From a virus, in the IMG/VR virus record IMGVR_UViG_3300037110_000161, positions 1 to 64,000 of that record: a DNA stretch of 64,000 nt. One strand, given 5' to 3'. Below, in pieces: positions 37,420-46,273 of the stretch; the first letter of the stretch is position 1, and every line of letters begins with the position of its first letter. The notes beneath the pieces are model-generated. The model saw only the letters and a list, made by a program, of their open reading frames with translations. It did not search any database and was not told where the DNA came from. Both the position numbers and the translations under genes were made by a program.

Positions 37420-39213
37420 CTATTGCTGCCTATCGGCACGGAGGATCGCCCGCGCCACCGCAGCCGCAAGGAGCGGCGGCACCGCGTCCGCCACCTGCTG
37501 CTGCTGGAAACCGATCGATCCCAAGAACTCGTACGAGTCCGGGAATGACTGCAATCTCGCCGCTTCCCGGACTGACAGACCGCGGCTCTGCGTCGGGTGA
37601 ATCAGCATGTTCTTCCGGAAGTTCCCGATCACCTTCGATGGCTCATTTCGCTTCAGGCGGAAGTAAATGCCCGTGTGGCAACGGGTGTAGTCCTTGTAGT
37701 TCCTCAGCAGCTTGTGCGGTATCGCCTCCCAGTTCTGTCCTGGCTTGATGCATTTGTACCGTTGGAGAACGTAGTCCGCGTTGCACGTCACGAGGTTCCC
37801 CTGCACGACGCCGTTCGTTTTCGATCGCATCATCACCTGGTACGCGGACAGCGTAGCGTCCGCTCTATACGGCAGGACATCGGTCTCATCTCCATTCCGC
37901 AGGAGCGGCAGATCCCCGATCGCCGCCCAGACGGACACGAGCGGTTGTTTCTCCGGCCCGTGCGTCGCTTCGAGAAACGGGATGGAGATTCCCAGGCGAT
38001 TCCCGATGACGAACACTCGTCGGCGCACCTGCGGGACGCCGAACTCTGCCGAATTCAATTCGCGACACTCCGCCTTGTAGCCGAAATCCTTGGCACCCCC
38101 GATGATCGCTTGCAGTACTTCGCCGCCGCCGAGCGTGCGAAGGCCGGCCACATTCTCCAAGACGAACCAAGCCGGTCGCATTACGTCCACGACATCCAAG
38201 AACTGTTGGTACAGATGATTGCGGGGATTATCGAGCGTCCGCGTCCGCCGGTTCGATTCAGAAAAGCCTTGACAAGGCGGCCCGCCGATGATCGCCGTCA
38301 GGTCGCCCGGTCGCAGCGCGAGCTTCCGCATGATCGCCTTTGGATCGACAGTCCGAATATCTTCTTGGACCACATCCGTGTTTCGGTGATTGTGCCGGTA
38401 GGTCGTCGCGACGCGCAGATCCTCCTCGACGGCCTGCACGATTGAGAACCCCGCTTCTTGGAACCCGACACTCATGCCACCCGCCCCCGCGAACAGATCG
38501 ACCGCAAGTGGCTTCGGCCGAACGGCGACCGGCAACGGTTTTTCCGCACGGCCGTGTGAACAGGAGCGCCGGAGACAGCACCCATCACACTGGGGCTCGA
38601 TCGCATGGCAGCGCGCGCGTCCATGTGCGACCGCGGCCACGTGGAATCCATGGCGAGACTCCGCAGGCACGGCATCCTGCAATGCCGCGTGCGCCGCGTC
38701 GTACGACAGGCGACGCGACACGAATCCCAACCGGACGCCCAAGCGAAAGGTGTGGATGTCTACCGGAAGCACCGGCATGTCGAAGCAGTATAGGAGCACG
38801 CAGCGTGCCGCCTTCTTGCCTACGCCCGGTAGCGCCACGAGCGCACGCTCGGCCTCGTCAGGCTCCATCCCTTTTAGCCAGGAGAGCGTCAGCTTGCCGT
38901 GGCGTGCCACGATGCTTCGCAGCATGTCGCGGATCAGTTTCGCCCGGCGTTGTCCCATACCGGCACAGGCGATAGTCTTACGGATCTCGGCCAATGTCGC
39001 CGTCCGTACCGCATTCCATGTTCCGAAACTCGCCTTCAGGTTCGCGTACGCCTTACGGTATTTCTTCTCATCAGTCTTCTCCGAGAGGAGGATGAAGACC
39101 AGCTCGTCGAGGGCATTCCGTTTGTTCCCCAGCTTCGGCAAGCCGTACTCTTGCAGCAGAAGCGCCGTCAGGCGCTTCACGCGATTCACATTCCGAGTCT
39201 TGGCCGTCTTCAT
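37420..39213 (-). CDS. Fusion of an HhH-GPD (EndoIII-like, 4Fe-4S) DNA glycosylase and a C5 DNA cytosine methyltransferase
   Basis: N-terminal LPGVGKKAARCVLL...PVDIH and Cx6Cx2Cx5C; C-terminal DLFAGAGG, GGPPCQGFS, ENV, QVRRR and SVREAARLQSFPD; ATG 39213 overlaps the upstream stop (ATGA). Confidence 0.9.
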   Translation of the reverse strand: MKTAKTRNVNRVKRLTALLLQEYGLPKLGNKRNALDELVFILLSEKTDEKKYRKAYANLKASFGTWNAVRTATLAEIRKTIACAGMGQRRAKLIRDMLRSIVARHGKLTLSWLKGMEPDEAERALVALPGVGKKAARCVLLYCFDMPVLPVDIHTFRLGVRLGFVSRRLSYDAAHAALQDAVPAESRHGFHVAAVAHGRARCHAIEPQCDGCCLRRSCSHGRAEKPLPVAVRPKPLAVDLFAGAGGMSVGFQEAGFSIVQAVEEDLRVATTYRHNHRNTDVVQEDIRTVDPKAIMRKLALRPGDLTAIIGGPPCQGFSESNRRTRTLDNPRNHLYQQFLDVVDVMRPAWFVLENVAGLRTLGGGEVLQAIIGGAKDFGYKAECRELNSAEFGVPQVRRRVFVIGNRLGISIPFLEATHGPEKQPLVSVWAAIGDLPLLRNGDETDVLPYRADATLSAYQVMMRSKTNGVVQGNLVTCNADYVLQRYKCIKPGQNWEAIPHKLLRNYKDYTRCHTGIYFRLKRNEPSKVIGNFRKNMLIHPTQSRGLSVREAARLQSFPDSYEFLGSIGFQQQQVADAVPPLLAAAVARAILRADRQQ

Positions 39214-40193
39214 GGAGGCAGCCCGTCGATGAACAGTGTATCGGCTCCCGACGAGTAGTCCCGCACGTTGTATTCGCCGGGCACACAGTACGTGACCTGT
39301 ATCTGCGGAAACTCCTCCACGAGCAGCAGCACCGCAAGCGTGGACAGCTTGGTGCTCATGGGAGCCAGTACGACGTTGCTCTCTCGCAGGCACGGCTCCA
39401 CCAGGCACCGCAACTGCGTATAACATTCGTGGATGTCGGCAGTTGCGAAACGGAACTCCTCCACGTCCTGACGGGACAACACCAACTCCTGCTCCGCGAT
39501 ATTGCGAGCCAGGAACCGTTCGGTCGTCGGCGGATCGCCGATGCCCATGAGCACCTTCTTCGGCTCATGCTCATCAATGACCTTCAAGACACGATCAGGC
39601 TCGAACCCAGCGAGGACAGCCAAGACCGTCGGCTGACTCGGGTCTTGGACACCCGAGAACCCAACGACGTTCCGGACGCTACGGAATCCTCGACTCAGCC
39701 ACGATCCATGGTCGGCCGGAGACACGTAGACTGCGCGCACCGTGGGCTTGGGCTCGAACGATCGGAGGAGGGCGGAGGCGATGAGAAGCGATTCCCTATT
39801 AAACGTCGTCGTGTCGATCGTCACCGTGGGTTGCTGATCCTGCGGCTGCCAGTCCGTCAGTAACGCCTTCCGTAGCGTCTCCAGTTGCTTCGGTGCGTCG
39901 AACAGCGAACCCTCCACGACATCCACCCGATCCGCGTGTCGCGCGAGAATTGTAATCAACTGGTACAAGTGCGGCCGTGTACCCACACCCTGGCAGCCTT
40001 CGAGGCACTCGCTGTTGGCGTAAATGATCGCCTGGCGAGCCCGGTATGTCGGCGGCAGGCACTCCGCGGCTTTCACGCTCCGCGGCTCGAAACTCGCGCA
40101 CGCGAGGAACAGATCGTCAGGCTTGCCAACAATTGCCGGCTGAAGCACCTGATCCCGAATCGCTTGGGCAATCGTACATCGGAAGGGACTCAT
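39210..40193 (-). CDS. Hypothetical protein, two Rossmann-like (CARF-like) repeats
   Basis: Paired motifs CASFEPR/LAGFEPDR and IDTTTFNR/APMSTK; ATGA-coupled on both sides. Confidence 0.6.
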   Translation of the reverse strand: MSPFRCTIAQAIRDQVLQPAIVGKPDDLFLACASFEPRSVKAAECLPPTYRARQAIIYANSECLEGCQGVGTRPHLYQLITILARHADRVDVVEGSLFDAPKQLETLRKALLTDWQPQDQQPTVTIDTTTFNRESLLIASALLRSFEPKPTVRAVYVSPADHGSWLSRGFRSVRNVVGFSGVQDPSQPTVLAVLAGFEPDRVLKVIDEHEPKKVLMGIGDPPTTERFLARNIAEQELVLSRQDVEEFRFATADIHECYTQLRCLVEPCLRESNVVLAPMSTKLSTLAVLLLVEEFPQIQVTYCVPGEYNVRDYSSGADTLFIDGLPP

Positions 40194-42019
40194 TCCTTCT
40201 CCTCCCCAGGGTCGCTCGGGAATAGTGGTCTGTTCTCGTCGTCCTCCACCACGCCGAGACGCATCCGGACGAACCGAGGAGGATCGCTGCAAGCAAGCTC
40301 CAAATGGTCGGAGCTCAATTGGATACGTCCTTCAAAGCCCGTTGGATCGAGCTTGAAGACCGGGCACAGGCGACGATTCAAGATGTACCAGGGCTGGCGT
40401 CCACCGCCTTCTTTCGTGCTGTAGGTGCGACGTTGGAAGTACCGATGTTGCACGCCGAGTCGCAGGATTTCCTCCAGGTTCGACGAGAGCGACTCGCGCA
40501 CAGTGAAGGAGAACACGCGAGCCTCGCGCGCCGATGGATCATGCAGCCGTTCGTAGAAGAGACGCCCCAGGGACTCGATCAACGTGCGCAACGCGTCCAA
40601 TTGGCTCCAATTCTCCGGCGGAAGATCCTTCCGGATATCCTGGAGCTTCACGTCCAGGAACTCTTCCGAGTACCGGTAGCAGACTTCATCCTGCACGCTC
40701 GGCGGTACTGCGCGCAGTTCACCCAGCTTCGCCCCTTTCTTCACGCATGCGTCCACCATGAGATAGCATGGTTCCAGGAAGTCCCGCACGATGCCCGACG
40801 AAAGATGCACCAGGTTCTGGAATCCAGCATAGCTCTTGCGCTGCTTCTTTCGTTTCAGTTCCTGAAACAGCCGCGCCGTCGCGTAGCGCGTGACGTAGTC
40901 GCCCTGCCTCCCCGGCTCTCCCGCCTTGTGCCACTCCTCTGCCGTCTCTTTCTTGATGTCGTCGAAGCGCTGCCGTTCCGTGTCATTCACCGGGAGGAAC
41001 TGGTCGATGTTCTTCTCCGGGAGCGGGGACAACGTCAGGCGGCGCTCGGCGATGAGTCGTACTTTGTTGGCGTAGTCGGACTTCGATTGGGTGTACAACT
41101 CCTCCACGTTGACTTCCGAGTAGTCATGCGGTTGCTCAATCAGGCCGCCCCGTAGCGTCAGGAGCGTGTCGTACTTCTCCCGTTGTGCCGAGACTTTCAC
41201 GCAAAGCCATTGGTTATCTCGGTTCGCGACCCAACTGTTGACGATCCTCTGTTGCACTCGGTTTAGGCGGTCCGCATCATCGAGGAGCACATACACGGAC
41301 GCACCACGGATCACCGGAAGGTCGCCTACCAACTGCATGAACGGCAACAGGAAATCATGGTAGCCGCTGGTCGCCCCCTCGTACTGCGTCTCGCCGCGGC
41401 CGAGGCACCGCCAGCGCAAGAATCCTCCGATCTTCAGATTCTCCAGGCTGAACAATCGGTGCAGCCAGCCCAGCGGATCAACGGCAATGTCGTTCGATTC
41501 CGTCGCTCCTCGCCCCGATGCGGCAATCGATGCCGGCTCGAAGAGCATGATCACCTTCTTCGCGAACGCCGTCAGCTCACATACGCCGATCACGCCGGCC
41601 GCGAACTGATCGCGCAAACACACAATCAGCCGATCCGCAATGGTGATGTTCAGGAGGTGCTCGCTCAAGATCGCCGTCGCCGACTCATCGAGCGTCTCGA
41701 ATTCCGTCTTGTTCAACTGCCCTTCCTTGCAGGGGCAGTACACGCCGAGGAATGGTTCGGACGTGCTGAAGACCTTCTCGATCCCGCCATGCACGATGCC
41801 CTGGCACTGTGGCTCCAAGTACCGCAGCATCATGCTCTTGCCGGAGCCTCTCGACCCCCAAATGAACGTGTGCCGACGCTGGCGGACCGTTTCGATCTGC
41901 GTGTACTGCTCGATGAAAAGGCCGACGAGTTGCTCCGGGGGCAACTTCTCCGGGCTCTCGACCACGAAAGGGTTACCGGGTAACAGGCCGGGAGTCGCAA
42001 GTGTATTCATATCGGTCAT
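40190..42019 (-). CDS. ORC/CDC6-like (STAND-type) P-loop ATPase with C-terminal winged-helix-like region
   Basis: NPF, GSRGSGKS Walker A, VLLDDAD Walker B, YAGF..L..LSSG.VRDFLE; ATG 42019 overlaps the HD gene stop. Confidence 0.8.
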   Translation of the reverse strand: MTDMNTLATPGLLPGNPFVVESPEKLPPEQLVGLFIEQYTQIETVRQRRHTFIWGSRGSGKSMMLRYLEPQCQGIVHGGIEKVFSTSEPFLGVYCPCKEGQLNKTEFETLDESATAILSEHLLNITIADRLIVCLRDQFAAGVIGVCELTAFAKKVIMLFEPASIAASGRGATESNDIAVDPLGWLHRLFSLENLKIGGFLRWRCLGRGETQYEGATSGYHDFLLPFMQLVGDLPVIRGASVYVLLDDADRLNRVQQRIVNSWVANRDNQWLCVKVSAQREKYDTLLTLRGGLIEQPHDYSEVNVEELYTQSKSDYANKVRLIAERRLTLSPLPEKNIDQFLPVNDTERQRFDDIKKETAEEWHKAGEPGRQGDYVTRYATARLFQELKRKKQRKSYAGFQNLVHLSSGIVRDFLEPCYLMVDACVKKGAKLGELRAVPPSVQDEVCYRYSEEFLDVKLQDIRKDLPPENWSQLDALRTLIESLGRLFYERLHDPSAREARVFSFTVRESLSSNLEEILRLGVQHRYFQRRTYSTKEGGGRQPWYILNRRLCPVFKLDPTGFEGRIQLSSDHLELACSDPPRFVRMRLGVVEDDENRPLFPSDPGEEKE

Positions 42020-43044
42020 GGCTTCAGCGCCTCGGCAAGGGTCTCCGGACGCCACTGCGGGTGGCGCTCGAAGAACGGTTGGAACAGTCCGACGCCCGGA
42101 TATGACGTGTGGTCCAGGCCGCAATCGCCGATGGGCAGCGTCAGGGTGTCATAGCCGCCGTGGCGTTCGGCTCCTCGGACGAGCGTCAGCCGGGCCTCGA
42201 TCTCCCGGATAGATGCGTATCTCGCCAGGCTCGTGCCACAGTAAATCCGTTCGTTATTCATTTTCTCCAGTCGGCACAGGACGTACTCCAGCACGGAGAT
42301 TTTTCCCTCACCATCGCAGCGCCCGTGGAAGTCTCTGCAGGGGCACCGACGCAGAATCGCATCCGTGTCGAGTTCGATCGTCACGACGATTCTCTCACGC
42401 TCCGGTTCCGGCCGGGCGCTCACGACCGCCCTGGCGTACTGCCAGTAGATCTGTTGGCCTTCCGGTACGTCGGGAAGCAGTGCAAGACTAATGCGTGAAC
42501 GGTTCTCGGACACCTCATCGGCGAACTTCAAGACGGCGGCGAGTGTTCGGGGATACACCTGGTACGTGACGGAGCCCATCGCGCAATCTTCGTCGGGTTT
42601 CGGGACGCTCAACCCCCTGTCGCCCGCATGCGCACGGACGATCTCGTTGACGAGGCGCTGTGTCGTAGGGCATGGGAAGCCAAGCGTGCGGATGCTCTCC
42701 ATCAACTTGAGCACCCGATCGGCATGATTCGAACGACCATAGACCATGCCCACGTCGTGCCAGATGATGGCGGCGAGCATGAGGAACAAATCCATCGTCG
42801 TGAGATCCGATTTGCTCTTCAACCGCGGTGCGAGCAGGTAGCCGGCAGTCTGGATGACCGACTGGATGTGCGGCTTGCCATGATCCGTGTAGTACGGGCA
42901 TGCGGTTTGCACCCACTCGTAGTACTCGGTTTCCAAGTACTGTCGCATCGTCTCGTACCGATGCCACAGATTCTCAGCGTTCGCGTCTTTCGCAGCGCGT
43001 CGCTCAAGTTCCCGCTCAAGGCTCGGCGTGTCTTTCATGCTCAC
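42016..43044 (-). CDS. HD-superfamily phosphohydrolase (conflict-system HD-CE type)
   Basis: YTDHGKPH, WHDVGM, H, AH and LAAVLKFADE motifs. Confidence 0.8.
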   Translation of the reverse strand: MSMKDTPSLERELERRAAKDANAENLWHRYETMRQYLETEYYEWVQTACPYYTDHGKPHIQSVIQTAGYLLAPRLKSKSDLTTMDLFLMLAAIIWHDVGMVYGRSNHADRVLKLMESIRTLGFPCPTTQRLVNEIVRAHAGDRGLSVPKPDEDCAMGSVTYQVYPRTLAAVLKFADEVSENRSRISLALLPDVPEGQQIYWQYARAVVSARPEPERERIVVTIELDTDAILRRCPCRDFHGRCDGEGKISVLEYVLCRLEKMNNERIYCGTSLARYASIREIEARLTLVRGAERHGGYDTLTLPIGDCGLDHTSYPGVGLFQPFFERHPQWRPETLAEALKP

Positions 43045-43139
43045 TCGCCCACGTTTGCAACGTTGAGAGCATCACCGGCGCTCGGAAATAACCCGACAGA
43101 GGCAAACGGATACACTGTTTAGACGGGGTGAAACCCCGA

Positions 43140-43167
43140 ATTATAACCGATTTGGGCAAAATGTGAA
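43140..43167 (-). promoter_or_regulatory. sigma70-like promoter of the six-gene island
   Basis: TTCACA-N16-TATAAT about 95 nt upstream of the HD gene, followed by a GGGGT-TTC-ACCCC hairpin. Confidence 0.6.
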
Positions 43168-43463
43168 CACCTGGCGACTGGCGACGAGTCAAAACCGAGC
43201 AGCGGCTTCCACCCCCCCATATTACCACTGTTGCCAATCAGCGGCACCGCCGGCCACGCAAGTCGGGCAGGCTATCGTCGACGACCATTCCACAGTTGGA
43301 CGGCCGAATGGCCAGCGAAACGAACCGCAGCGCACGTCGGTAGCGACACCGCCTCGGCCCGAAGGTCGGAAGCGCCCAAGAAAAGGGGCAGATGAGCGTG
43401 GTTTCGCACCGCGTAAGAGGGCATGGGGTCTTCGTCAGACCCTGTAAGTGCGGGCGGTGTTGA

Positions 43464-44180
43464 TTATTGCCTCAAAAGGTGGTTCGGTATTGGGCAGGGA
43501 ATTGGGTCGGTCGAAGTTACATTGACCTTCTCGCCTGGGATAATGACCTCGAACTCTTTCGAGAAGTTGAAATATGCAATGACATCGGTGACCGCGCATT
43601 CCCCAGTCAGGTAGACTTTGTGGGCTTTGTAGTATTCATACGCAAAGTCGATCGCGACCGGCAGCTCAAAGGTCCAGCTCAAGCCGCGCTTGTTAAGGTT
43701 CTCTTGGCAGCCGCGATAAACCCTCAGAGGGTCGCTACGAGTCAATAGAAAAGATCGCTCTGCCGGGGTCATCAACTTCACCAACCCTAGGCGGGGACTT
43801 GCAAACAGCCGCCGGTATCTCTGGGAGTGCTCGTGCTTGAATTCGGTGTTCTTCTTAGGAGCATGAACCCAGATGTGACCTAGGATAGTCCAATACTCGT
43901 CATCGCTTAGGGCATTACAGGTAGCCTCGAAGTTCGCGGCCGTGTTCGTGTCAACAGATTCGTACTGCGAGTGGTGTCGCAGAGCGACTGGGACTAGTCG
44001 ATCGGCAGCTTCATCGGCCGGATCTGGCTCATAAAGAGCTGCATGGCCGGCAGCCTCGAAGAAGTCGCCACGCGCCATCGCTGGCTCGTAGGGCGGAATC
44101 TTCCCGTTCCCTCGCTTCAACGAGAGAGAATACGCGAGATTACGAGCCTCTTCATGCTGAAAGGCGGTCAACGGCGGCAT
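43464..44180 (-). CDS. Putative ADP-ribosyltransferase (R-S-E clade)
   Basis: VYRG ... GLSWT ... A..FA ... KEFEVII motifs in the C-terminal half. Confidence 0.6.
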   Translation of the reverse strand: MPPLTAFQHEEARNLAYSLSLKRGNGKIPPYEPAMARGDFFEAAGHAALYEPDPADEAADRLVPVALRHHSQYESVDTNTAANFEATCNALSDDEYWTILGHIWVHAPKKNTEFKHEHSQRYRRLFASPRLGLVKLMTPAERSFLLTRSDPLRVYRGCQENLNKRGLSWTFELPVAIDFAYEYYKAHKVYLTGECAVTDVIAYFNFSKEFEVIIPGEKVNVTSTDPIPCPIPNHLLRQ

Positions 44181-44206
44181 ATCAATCTTCTCAACTACCC
44201 GTGTGA

Positions 44207-44395
44207 TCAGTGAATCGCAGCAGGACCAACCGCCACTGACGGCGGCACACTCCCGGAAATAGCCACGGGGTAACACGACCCAGAACGGAAGAGAGAATCA
44301 TCTCCGCCCCGAGGCCGGGGGTTCATGCAGGCGTAGTAAACTGCGGGCGCGTGCCGGCCTAGGAGAGCCTCCAGTCGCCACCAAAAATCCTCCAT
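44207..44395 (-). CDS. Small hypothetical protein
   Basis: Strong GAGGAGG RBS before ATG; 62 aa; no motif. Confidence 0.3.
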   Translation of the reverse strand: MEDFWWRLEALLGRHAPAVYYACMNPRPRGGDDSLFRSGSCYPVAISGSVPPSVAVGPAAIH

Positions 44396-44764
44396 CCGCG
44401 CCCCTCCTCGCTAAACTCTCTGACGGTATTTGAGCGTAACCGCCACCCCCCCTTCGTCAAGGAAACGGGCGGATGCAATGCCGCGTCGTGCCACGGATGG
44501 GGAGAAAGTCATCGCGCGCCAGTTGCGACACACCGACGCGCACTGGGAAACGCGTTGCCGTCGAGCGGAGATTGACCGTCCCAACTACCCGTGACGCGTG
44601 AAACAGACCATCGACCAATAAATGAGACGCTCGGCGTTGCGGTGTCGTCGCCTGGTAGGGTCTTTCTTTTGACCGGCAATCGTAACGATGGCCCTGGGGG
44701 CAGCATTCCCCAAAGCCATGGCGCTCCGAAATTCCCGCCCGACAACACGCTGGCCGGCTGACAG

Positions 44765-45052
44765 CTAGCGCTTCTTCTTCGATTCGCCCTTGGTCGCCTC
44801 GGCCTTCATGTCGGCGACGATGCGGCGGGTCTCGTTGATGATGGCAGTCATGCCCTCGTTCCACGCTTGGGCGTCAAGCAAGCGAAGCGGGCTTGCCAAA
44901 GAGGTGCCGGGAAAGGTGATCCGCACTTCAGAGCCCTTCCCCGACTTGTAGGCGGCAATCTCTGACTTGATTATCAGTGAGGCATTTGCACCCGTGTAGG
45001 GGCGGACCGTCAATCGCACGCCCCAGTCCAGAATCTCGCGTTCGACAGCCAT
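44765..45052 (-). CDS. Hypothetical protein
   Basis: 95 aa, tightly packed in the operon. Confidence 0.65.
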   Translation of the reverse strand: MAVEREILDWGVRLTVRPYTGANASLIIKSEIAAYKSGKGSEVRITFPGTSLASPLRLLDAQAWNEGMTAIINETRRIVADMKAEATKGESKKKR

Positions 45053-45053
45053 G

Positions 45054-45335
45054 TCAGTATTCCTCGGGAAGCAGGATGCACGTTGAAGACCGGTCAGCCT
45101 CGGTTATGATCCAGATTTTCACGCCCGTGTCAAGATGGTAGGCGCTGAGAATCCGGGCACATTGGGCAATGGCGTCGTCATTGGCCCGCCGGTCTTCCAC
45201 GCCCAGGTCGCCCCAGTCGCCGGACACTTGGCGAGCCAGGAATTCCGTCGGCCGCTGCCCGGCTTCCTCGAACTGCGCCAACGCCCCAGGGGTCACCACC
45301 AACTGGCCTAACGCGAACATCGGTCGGTCGCTCAT
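45054..45335 (-). CDS. Conserved mobile-element small protein (GDWG...RILSAY...WIITEADRS.T.ILLPEEY family)
   Basis: Recognisable motif set common in plasmid and phage accessory regions; function unknown. Confidence 0.75.
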   Translation of the reverse strand: MSDRPMFALGQLVVTPGALAQFEEAGQRPTEFLARQVSGDWGDLGVEDRRANDDAIAQCARILSAYHLDTGVKIWIITEADRSSTCILLPEEY

Positions 45336-45357
45336 AGTTAGAGTCCAGCGTTCAAGT

Positions 45358-45876
45358 TCATCGCCGACCTCGCTTCAAGTAGGCCGGATCGAACAGGCGT
45401 TTCAGCAGCGTGCAAGCATAGATCGAGGCATCACGATCCGGCCGGTAGACCACCCAATCCGGCGCGCCGGCCGCTGGGCACCACAGGTAGCGTGGCGGAT
45501 CGGCGGCAGTCCAGGCCATTCCGCGGGCTTCGGCCGCTGACCGCAAGTGGCGCGTCGTGAAGTCCACGATTTCTTGGCTGTTCAGAATTCCGACCCAGAC
45601 GTGGATCTCCGGCAGGTTGCCCAAGGCGACCGATAAGGCGCTTTCTGACGAAGTCGGCGTCCACATGTAGGCAAAATGAGTGTCGATTTGGCCATCGTCT
45701 TCCACACGACGGACGCGCGGCCATTGAAGCGAGCCAGCTTGAATCACCGCCGGCAGCCCGTGCTGACACAAGACCGCAGCCGTGTGGTGGGCGTAATAGA
45801 GGCACTGACCCGGCTGGTCTTCCAGCCGGCCGATCTGCCGCTCGATTTCGGCGATGATTTTGCCTCGTTTTCCCAT
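45358..45876 (-). CDS. Hypothetical protein with transglutaminase/papain-like C-H-D pattern
   Basis: GQCL ... HVWV ... IVDFT. Confidence 0.55.
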   Translation of the reverse strand: MGKRGKIIAEIERQIGRLEDQPGQCLYYAHHTAAVLCQHGLPAVIQAGSLQWPRVRRVEDDGQIDTHFAYMWTPTSSESALSVALGNLPEIHVWVGILNSQEIVDFTTRHLRSAAEARGMAWTAADPPRYLWCPAAGAPDWVVYRPDRDASIYACTLLKRLFDPAYLKRGRR

Positions 45877-46193
45877 CAGTACACGGCCTCCAAGACGGGA
45901 TGCAGGGGTCGGATGTCGCCGGCCTTGAGCCTGACGTAATTGAAGATCAAGGGCCGGTGCTGACCAGTCGGCAGCCGCTCGACGTAGGGATCATGGCCCC
46001 GCGCCATCCCTTGCCGGCGTTCACGTTCCAGCGTCGGCGTGAGCAGCTTCGGGTCGAAGCCGAACGATTCGACTTCTTCCGGCTCGGTTCCCTGGGCCTG
46101 AACTGCGGCCCAAAGGTCGAGAATGCGGTAGAGCCGGGCCTGCTCTTCGCGCCGGGCCTTGATCCTTGCAAGTGTGTCTTCAGCAGGAGTCAT
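45876..46193 (-). CDS. Hypothetical protein
   Basis: 105 aa; TGATG coupling to the next gene. Confidence 0.6.
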   Translation of the reverse strand: MTPAEDTLARIKARREEQARLYRILDLWAAVQAQGTEPEEVESFGFDPKLLTPTLERERRQGMARGHDPYVERLPTGQHRPLIFNYVRLKAGDIRPLHPVLEAVY

Positions 46194-46273
46194 GGTTCAA
46201 TGATGCCGTAGATAAAATGAAGGGCAAACGTGTCGGGCGGGGCTTACACCCGACCGAATCTGCGTGCCTCTCG

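Noticed and set aside
37420-39426. ORF-track start at 39426 for the MTase fusion (likewise the long starts at 10947, 9230, 40292, 42124, 49739)
   Set aside because: Extensions overlap upstream genes; internal ATGs with RBS or ATGA coupling fit better.
35101-43044. Classical type II R-M, BREX or DISARM assignment
   Set aside because: No endonuclease, PglZ, helicase or PLD gene is visible; gene content does not fit these systems.
44400-44760. ORFs 44457-44864 and 44509-44748, or an RNA gene
   Set aside because: No RBS, motif or recognisable tRNA/ncRNA structure; left unannotated.
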